A program made the translations under genes and the position numbers. Below are positions 57,973 to 64,000 of a stretch of 64,000 nucleotides of DNA, piece after piece; positions within the stretch are counted from its first letter, which is position 1; every line of letters begins with the position of its first letter. Source of the DNA: an uncultured bacterium (lineage in GTDB: Bacteria > Babelota > Babeliae > Babelales > Babelaceae). Below the pieces are notes generated by a model, which saw nothing but the letters and a program-made list of their open reading frames with translations, searched no databases and was not told where the DNA came from. The stretch covers positions 629,110 through 693,109 of the forward strand of contig OY969428.1 in assembly GCA_963699275.1 (NCBI GenBank). The letters are read 5' to 3'.

Positions 57973-60239
57973 TGCTCAGTAGTTCCGCCTTCAACGAGAG
58001 CGCGCTTAAATCCGCAGACTTTATTGTTACAGATGAGTGTTATGTTACCTGCCTTATCAACGCGCCTGAGCAGGTAGGGTGCTTTGCATTTACTGCACGG
58101 CGTTTCTTCGATTTCCCCAGATATTGAGAAATTACATTCAGGGTATGTGCTGCATCCCCAGAACTTTTTCCCTTTCCAGATTTTTTGAACGACATCTCCT
58201 TTGCCGCACTGTGTGCATTTAAAGCCAGCTTTTACCTGCTTTATATACTTGCATCCAGGATACCCCGTACATGCGACGAATGGTCCGAAGCGGCCACGCA
58301 TTTGTCGCAATGGTTTTTCACACACAGGACAGGCCTCTGCAAGAATTTTTGGCTGCTCGGCTGCAATGAGTTTTATCGTGCCGTCAGGGAGTCGCTCAAA
58401 ATTACTTGTGAAGGTACATTGAGGATAACGATCACATCCTGCAAATGGCCCCGCTTTTCCAAAACGGATGAGAATATGACCAATTTTGCATTCAGGGCAG
58501 ACGATATCAGTAGTTTCGATATGCTTTTTAGCACCACCTCTAAATTGTTCAAGGTCTTTTTCAAAGGAGGTATAAAAATCTTTTATGAGAGTATCTCGTT
58601 TGAGTGTTCCGCCCGCAACCTTATCAAGATCCTCTTCCATCTTTGCCGTAAATCCAAGATCCATGATTTTTGGAAGATTTTCGTTAAGCATCTTAGTGAC
58701 GACAAAACCGAGTTCACTTGGCACAAATCGCTTTTTATCATCAAGAGAGGTATATGAACGAGCTTGAATTGTTTTTATAATTGTCTGATACGTGCTTGGT
58801 CGTCCGATTCGTTCTTTTTCAAGATCTTTTACCAAAGTAGCCTCAGTATACCGAGGGGGTGGCTGCGTAAAATGTTGCTTAGGGTTTATCTTTTTTATCT
58901 CGAGTGCTTCTTTTTCTTTAAGATTCTTAGGAATGACTGTTTTTCCTTCCTCTTCTTCTTTTTCTGCTTCCTCACCACCATACACTTTTAAAAAACCATC
59001 GAATATAAGTGTTGATCCGGTTGCTTTAAATGTGAAAGCACCTCCTTGAACCGTAACCTGTCGTTGCGCATATTGTGCAGGCTTTACCTGACAGGCTACG
59101 AAGCGGCGCCAAATGAGATCATAGAGTTTTACTGCATCAGCAGGAAGATATTTTTTTGCGATCTCAGGCGTCAATTCTACGTCAATAGGTCTAATCGCTT
59201 CGTGCGCATCTTGCGCTTTTGATTTGGAATAGAGCTGGGCAGATGCAGGTAAATAGTCTTTTCCATATTTTTTTTCTATAAACGAACGTGCTTGCTTAAG
59301 CGCGATATCAGAGATCCTCAAAGAATCGGTACGCATGTAGGTAATAAGCGCAACTGGTGTCGAAGGATCATCGAGAGGAATCCCTTCATAAAGTTTTTGG
59401 GCAACCTGCATTGTTTTTTGGACTGAGAATCCTAATTGATTATAGGAGCTCTGTTGCATGGTACTCGTCATAAATGGAGCATTTGGGTTCTTTAATCTCT
59501 TGGTATCTTTGATTGATTCTACTGCGTAAGAAGTCCCTTTAATCTTATCGACAAGCGTTTGAGCTTCTTTCTCGTTATGAATCTCAGCTTTTTTCTTATT
59601 GATATGGGTAAGAGGGGCAGTAAACGATCCACTTGCGCCAGAAAAAAGAGCATCGATTGACCAGTATTCTTCTTGCTTAAAGTTTCTGATTGCTTCTTCG
59701 CGATCTACGATGAGTTTAAGTGCAACTGACTGTACCCGTCCCGCTGAAAGGCCTTTTGCAACCTTTTTCCACAGGACGGGAGATACCTGATACCCTACTA
59801 AACGATCAAGAATTCTACGTGCTTGCTGTGCGGACACTTTATTAAGGTCCACATCTGAAGGATGAGAGATAGCCTCTTCAATAGCAGGCTTGGTAATTTC
59901 ATTGTACGTGATACGCTTGATTTTACTCTTATCTTTAACGACCTTTTCTACCTCTTGTTCAACATGCCATGCAATGATCTCACCTTCTCGATCAGGGTCA
60001 GTTGCAAGATAGATATGATCGGCAGTACGTGCTTCCTTGGCAATATCGGCAAGGGTCTTTTCCTTGCCCTCAAGGGTCACATAGTGGATATCAACGGTAT
60101 CATTAATAGAAACCCCGATCTCCTTTTGAGGGAGATCCTTTACATGTCCCACTGTGGACATGATCTTAAAGTCCTTTCCCAAGAACTTTGAAATCGTTTT
60201 GATTTTTGCGGGGGATTCTACGATTAATAAATTTTTCAT
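57969..60239 (-). CDS. topA: DNA topoisomerase I
   Basis: Toprim LLIVESPAKIKTISKFLG, DPDREGE, active-site region ITYMRTDS, and several C-terminal CxxC...CxxC zinc ribbons. Confidence 0.92.
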   Translation of the reverse strand: MKNLLIVESPAKIKTISKFLGKDFKIMSTVGHVKDLPQKEIGVSINDTVDIHYVTLEGKEKTLADIAKEARTADHIYLATDPDREGEIIAWHVEQEVEKVVKDKSKIKRITYNEITKPAIEEAISHPSDVDLNKVSAQQARRILDRLVGYQVSPVLWKKVAKGLSAGRVQSVALKLIVDREEAIRNFKQEEYWSIDALFSGASGSFTAPLTHINKKKAEIHNEKEAQTLVDKIKGTSYAVESIKDTKRLKNPNAPFMTSTMQQSSYNQLGFSVQKTMQVAQKLYEGIPLDDPSTPVALITYMRTDSLRISDIALKQARSFIEKKYGKDYLPASAQLYSKSKAQDAHEAIRPIDVELTPEIAKKYLPADAVKLYDLIWRRFVACQVKPAQYAQRQVTVQGGAFTFKATGSTLIFDGFLKVYGGEEAEKEEEEGKTVIPKNLKEKEALEIKKINPKQHFTQPPPRYTEATLVKDLEKERIGRPSTYQTIIKTIQARSYTSLDDKKRFVPSELGFVVTKMLNENLPKIMDLGFTAKMEEDLDKVAGGTLKRDTLIKDFYTSFEKDLEQFRGGAKKHIETTDIVCPECKIGHILIRFGKAGPFAGCDRYPQCTFTSNFERLPDGTIKLIAAEQPKILAEACPVCEKPLRQMRGRFGPFVACTGYPGCKYIKQVKAGFKCTQCGKGDVVQKIWKGKKFWGCSTYPECNFSISGEIEETPCSKCKAPYLLRRVDKAGNITLICNNKVCGFKRALVEGGTTEH

Positions 60240-60389
60240 AACCTCAATATAATGTTCTTTTTTTTGTAAACTGTGTACCTTAAGATACCATACTTTTTTT
60301 ATAATGCATAACTGGGTACAACTGTAGCAGTGTTCTTGCCGTTTTTAAAGACTTTTAACTTTTTAACGAAATGTGATGAGGAGATTTTT

Positions 60390-60417
60390 CAAAAAAAGTG
60401 AGCTGCTTTAGCTCACA
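60390..60417 (-). terminator. rho-independent terminator, about 260 nt downstream of the ANK-RING gene
   Basis: The minus strand reads gtgagct-aaagc-agctcac followed by ttttttt. Confidence 0.5.
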
Positions 60418-60680
60418 AAAATCTTCAAGGCTATAATAGCGAAAGTTACAATGCTTTGTGCCATGAAAAATTGCCTAGTACCTTATTGTGTTCCTAAAGA
60501 ACCTTTCTTCAAATGTGTTGGCAAGATATTTTTTAACCGGCTTTGCTGTGGTTAATCGGCTTTGCAATCGCCCAGGTTTGAACCATGGCTTACTTGACTT
60601 TCTGAGCGGTCTAAAAGCCTTGGCTTTGTTGCAAGCACAGTTAACGCAAGCAGATTTAATGTGCTTACACAGCTCCGAAG

Positions 60681-62507
60681 TTATTGTTGGACATTCTGGT
60701 TACCAGGCACAGTAGGGTAAGTCGTATTTCCGACTGGTCCTGGCTGCAGTCGTCGTGCAGGGGCAGCTGGTACCGGAGAATGAATATAAGCTGGAGCGCG
60801 TGGTGGAGCTATAGTGACTGCTGCAGGTTGAGTAGGCATAGGAGCTGGTACGTGCCTAGCAATCCGTAATGGAGCATAGGTAGGAAGGGGTGGTTGAGCT
60901 CCAAATGGGGCAGCAGAAGCTAGAGGATTAGTAGGTCTGGCGATAGGAGCTAAAACGGGATTTGGTATTTGGGCATGTTCTACAGGGCGGAGTCGTAGTC
61001 TAACTCTATGAGCAAGAAATTCCGCGATGACCGGGTGTGGTTGAGCATTTTGGTTTCTTTCTCTATGAGCAAGAAATTCCGCGATGACTGGGTGTGGTTG
61101 AGCATTTTGGTTTCTTTCATGCCCAGGTAATGCGGGATGAGCATTTGCTGCACCGGCCGCATTTTGTGCCGGTAAACCATTTAATGAGCGTTCGGCCGCC
61201 ATCCGAGCAGTTTCTGGAAGTTCAGGTACTTCCGGACGCTCAAATTCAGGATCAATGCGTTGTGGAACAGGTACTGAGCGCACTGGCCTGTTGGTCGGAC
61301 TGATTTCAACATTATTCAGTGAGCGTAATTTTTGAATATTGGCTAATTCTTGGGTGGTAAGTGTCCGATTGCATCCAATAAGACCTATGTTGTTGTTTTC
61401 ACGGTATTCAATTGGGTCAAAAATAACTATATTACGTCTACAAACTGGGCATGTTTTCCGTTCATTTCCCTGTCGTTCGACATGAGGCAATAAGCACTCA
61501 AGGTGGAAGTTGTGCTTACATGTGCATCGAATGCCAATTTCTTTGTCTTCATCATCATGGCCTATGTGTGTCATACAAACGGGGCAGTCTTTAAAATTTT
61601 CCGGAAGGTGTACTGAAGCCTCTAAAAGGCGTGCGATTTGTGCAAAGCCGAACTGGACGGCATAGTCGCGTGCTGTTCTTCGAGCATTATCTTGCACATT
61701 GCGATCAAATCCCAGAACAAGAAGTATTTCTACAAGTTCAGGGATTCCTGTGATCACTGCCTTATAAAGGAAGCTTCTTCCATTAACATCTCTATAATTG
61801 TGTATATTCGGAATATGCTGGGCAAGACATTTTAGAATTCTCTTTGTTTTTTCAAGTGCCCGCGGCCAGTTGTCAGGAGTGCGGAAACGAGGTTCAGTAA
61901 GATTTAATAGTGCCAATTCAAAATCAGTAACTGTAGGTTGTTCATTTTGTGCGAATTTTTCAACAAGATCTGGGTAAAGTCTTTGTATCGCTTCATGCAA
62001 CGTCCTTACACTTCTTTTTTTGGCAAGCTTATGCTCCAGCATTCTATCAGCGAAGATCTCTTGTATCGCAAAGATTTCTGCATCAGTAAATCGTTCGGTA
62101 TTTCTTAAAATAGCGACAACTTCTTGGTGTTCATTATCAGCTAGGAAGTTCTGCTGTTCTGCAGTGAGATTTAATTTGTTCTGATCGGCACCGAGCTGTA
62201 AAAGTAGTTGTGTGGTACGTGATTTTTTTGCTAGTACTGCAAAAAACAAAGGAGTTCTTTCACTTACCCTCGTGCCATCATTATTACTAGTAATTTTTAA
62301 GGTATCTACATCGACACCTCTCATTAACACTAAGAAACTGATCTTTTCAAGTGCACGTTCCGTAAGGATCGGGTTTCTAGAGTCTTCTAAGAGACATAGT
62401 TTATGAATGTCATTGCTGCCTAGAGCTATTTCATCATAATTTGGTTGCATTGCGATTGCTGATGCGTTGATAAACAGGATAAGAATGGCAAAAAATTTGA
62501 GATTCAT
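60681..62507 (-). CDS. exported ankyrin-repeat + RING-H2 zinc-finger protein with proline-rich C-terminus (candidate E3 ubiquitin ligase mimic)
   Basis: Leader MNLKFFAILILFINASAIA then MQPN. ANK units are TPLFFAVLAKKSRTTQLLLQLGADQN and GRSFLYKAVITGIPELVEILLVLGFDRN... The RING-H2 pattern is C-PV-C-x16-C-K-H-NF-H-LE-C-x14-C-PV-C (about 61440-61590). Confidence 0.85.
   Translation of the reverse strand: MNLKFFAILILFINASAIAMQPNYDEIALGSNDIHKLCLLEDSRNPILTERALEKISFLVLMRGVDVDTLKITSNNDGTRVSERTPLFFAVLAKKSRTTQLLLQLGADQNKLNLTAEQQNFLADNEHQEVVAILRNTERFTDAEIFAIQEIFADRMLEHKLAKKRSVRTLHEAIQRLYPDLVEKFAQNEQPTVTDFELALLNLTEPRFRTPDNWPRALEKTKRILKCLAQHIPNIHNYRDVNGRSFLYKAVITGIPELVEILLVLGFDRNVQDNARRTARDYAVQFGFAQIARLLEASVHLPENFKDCPVCMTHIGHDDEDKEIGIRCTCKHNFHLECLLPHVERQGNERKTCPVCRRNIVIFDPIEYRENNNIGLIGCNRTLTTQELANIQKLRSLNNVEISPTNRPVRSVPVPQRIDPEFERPEVPELPETARMAAERSLNGLPAQNAAGAANAHPALPGHERNQNAQPHPVIAEFLAHRERNQNAQPHPVIAEFLAHRVRLRLRPVEHAQIPNPVLAPIARPTNPLASAAPFGAQPPLPTYAPLRIARHVPAPMPTQPAAVTIAPPRAPAYIHSPVPAAPARRLQPGPVGNTTYPTVPGNQNVQQ
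61004..61117 (-). repeat. 2 x 57-bp direct repeat inside the Pro-rich tail (19-aa unit ERNQNAQPHPVIAEFLAHR)
   Basis: 61004-61060 and 61061-61117 differ at a single position (c/t). Confidence 0.9.
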
Positions 62508-62550
62508 GGTTTTCCTTAATTTTTATTTTAACATTATTCTATTTGAAATA

Positions 62551-62579
62551 AATTTAGCAAAAAAAATTGATTTTGTCAA
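62551..62579 (-). promoter_or_regulatory. sigma70-like promoter for the ANK-RING gene
   Basis: The minus strand reads TTGACA (62579-62574), a 17-nt spacer, then TAAATT (62556-62551). Confidence 0.35.
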
Positions 62580-62742
62580 AAAATTTACCAAAGATACCTG
62601 AACCCTTAACAAATCGCTGCAGTTGGATGGCTACTTTCTTCTTTTAAAGACTTTTAAGAAAACGGATTTTTGAGAGTAACAAAAGAGATATGAGGTTACT
62701 TATAGGAAAGTGAGCGGCTTTTTAAGCCGCCCACATCAGTAA

Positions 62743-64000
62743 TTAATGAACCAAATGCCAAAATCCATTCTTTCGTATGAATTTCTTGCGTGCTGGCTGC
62801 ATTTTTGAAGAAGGCTTCGTCGGTTTTATTCGTGAAACAAGCTTCTTAATTGGCTTCTTGCTCACTTGTCTTTTTAGTTTGGCGACGGGCTTAGTCGGCC
62901 GCTTTCCGATTTTCTTAACCGGCCTTTTAAGTGCCGGCTTTCCTTTAACAATTTTAACAATTTTCCTAGCTTTAGGTTTTGCCGCACGTATAGGCGATAA
63001 AGCAGGCTTTATCGGTGCAATCGGCGCTATTGGGCTAACCATGGGCGCTGGCACCGGGAGTACCGGCCAAATTGGAAATATCGGGCTAGTTGGTCCACCA
63101 GCTGGGCTTGGTGATATTGGAGGAACGGGCCCACCAATTGGACCTGGTAATGGTGGTATTGGGCCACCGATTGGACCTGGCGCCGCTGGAGCACTTGGTG
63201 CAGCAGGGCCGGCCGGAGCTGGAATTCGTGGTCTTGGTGCTGGTGCTGGAGCAACAGCTGGAGCAGCAGGAACCGCAGGGACAGGTACAGGTAACCTTAC
63301 AGCCACAGGAATTGGTCCTAGAGCTGGAACAGGAGCTAAAGCCGGATTTGGTACTGGAGCATGAACAGGAACTCGAGCAGCAGGTACTACAGGATTAGCG
63401 GGTCTTGCAGCTGGAGCCGGAACAGGAGCTAAAACTGGATTTGGTGCTTGAGGCTGAACAGGGGGTTGAGCAGCCGGCATTCCAGGATTAGCGGGTCTTG
63501 CAGCTGGAACTGGGACAGGAGCTAAAGCCGGATTTGGTGCTTGAGGCTGAACAGGAACTTGAGCAGCAGGCACTACGGGATTACCAGGTCTTGCAGCAGC
63601 TGGAGCTGGAACAGGAGCTAAAGGCGGATTTGGTGCTTGAGGCTGAATAGGAGCTCGAGCAGCAGGTACTACCACAGGATCAGCGGGTCTTGCAACTGGG
63701 GCTGGAACAGGAACTAAAACCGGATTTGGTGCTTGAGCATTAGCGGGGGCCGGAACTGGTTCTACGGGTCCGGGTCCGAGTCGCCTAACTCGAAATGCAT
63801 CTGCTGGGGCAATTGGGTTGCCTGCTGGAACAATAGCATCTGGTTGTGCTATTGGCGGCCGTTGCCGGTGCACAGGTATGACCGGTTGTTGTGCCCACCA
63901 CAATCTTCTTTGCTCTCTTACTCTTCTAATCTCGCCTGCCATTTGAGGAAATATATTTAATATGCGTTCGGTATTTTCGGCCCAGACCTCATAAGGGAGC
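62743..64000 (-). CDS. Pro/Ala-rich repeat protein with lysine-rich C-terminal tail (5' end outside window)
   Basis: The frame stays open upstream of the M at 63942 to the window edge. It holds units of about 31-32 aa, PNP(V/A)LAPVPAPAARPANPVVPAA(R/Q)VPVQPQA. The tail is KPKARKIVKIVKGKPALKRPVKKIGKRPTKPVAKLKRQVSKKPIKKLV... Confidence 0.7.
   Translation of the reverse strand, partial: LPYEVWAENTERILNIFPQMAGEIRRVREQRRLWWAQQPVIPVHRQRPPIAQPDAIVPAGNPIAPADAFRVRRLGPGPVEPVPAPANAQAPNPVLVPVPAPVARPADPVVVPAARAPIQPQAPNPPLAPVPAPAAARPGNPVVPAAQVPVQPQAPNPALAPVPVPAARPANPGMPAAQPPVQPQAPNPVLAPVPAPAARPANPVVPAARVPVHAPVPNPALAPVPALGPIPVAVRLPVPVPAVPAAPAVAPAPAPRPRIPAPAGPAAPSAPAAPGPIGGPIPPLPGPIGGPVPPISPSPAGGPTSPIFPIWPVLPVPAPMVSPIAPIAPIKPALSPIRAAKPKARKIVKIVKGKPALKRPVKKIGKRPTKPVAKLKRQVSKKPIKKLVSRIKPTKPSSKMQPARKKFIRKNGFWHLVH
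63300..63760 (-). repeat. five tandem 93-96-bp coding repeats
   Basis: The anchor ggatttggt(g/a)ct recurs at 63344, 63437, 63530, 63626 and 63722. Confidence 0.85.

Noticed and set aside
60488-60715. 75-aa plus-strand ORF between topA and the ANK-RING gene
   Set aside because: It lies in the 3' untranslated region of a minus-strand gene and has no RBS. It contains three GGCTTTG repeats, consistent with non-coding or degenerate sequence.
62777-63398. Gly/Ala-rich plus-strand ORFs (62777..63364, 63090..63398) and minus-strand ORF 63027..63254
   Set aside because: They are mirror or alternative-frame artefacts of the Pro/Ala-rich repeat coding region (CCN codons read as NGG on the other strand). 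The minus-strand frame 62743..64000 is the longest and has a coherent repeat and tail structure.
1-64000. tRNA, rRNA, tmRNA, SRP RNA and riboswitch or T-box leaders upstream of metG, gltX and cysK
   Set aside because: A scan by eye of the intergenic regions found no T-loop (GGTTCGAATCC-like) cloverleaf candidates and no conserved SRP, tmRNA or T-box blocks. A covariance-model scan would be needed to exclude them.

Overview
A 64-kb bacterial chromosomal segment, visually AT-rich apart from two GC-rich proline-coding stretches near the 3' end. It mixes housekeeping genes with a large accessory load. Recognisable core genes are PBP1A, RNase P RNA, uppS, cysK-like, csaA, an SSF symporter, ATP synthase a and c, folC, a type IV pilin with its prepilin peptidase, rbfA, rpsU, gltX, bamA, an Atm1-like ABC exporter, potABCD, metG and topA. 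The accessory content has four parts. First, six ankyrin-repeat genes, four of them in one cluster, one carrying a eukaryote-type RING-H2 finger. Second, two tandem arrays of unknown exported or membrane protein families (7 and 3 copies), followed by a large membrane protein and an ATAD3-like AAA+ ATPase. Third, a proline/alanine-rich repeat protein with a lysine-rich tail. Fourth, a tnpB-only IS200/IS605-type element inserted into a paralogous small-protein gene. The most unusual calls are: a single ORF encoding four fused F-type c-subunit hairpins next to atpB, with no b or F1 genes nearby; the ankyrin + RING-H2 protein; the 10.7-kb co-directional cluster at 33.2-43.9 kb; and a leader of about 20-22 residues followed by an invariant Met in at least nine predicted exported proteins, plus a looser case in the AAA+ ATPase. 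The gene content suggests a host-associated or intracellular Gram-negative-type bacterium, possibly an amoeba-associated lineage such as Dependentiae. That is inference only. No tRNA, rRNA or CRISPR array was recognised. All similarity statements come from motif recognition by eye, not database searches.
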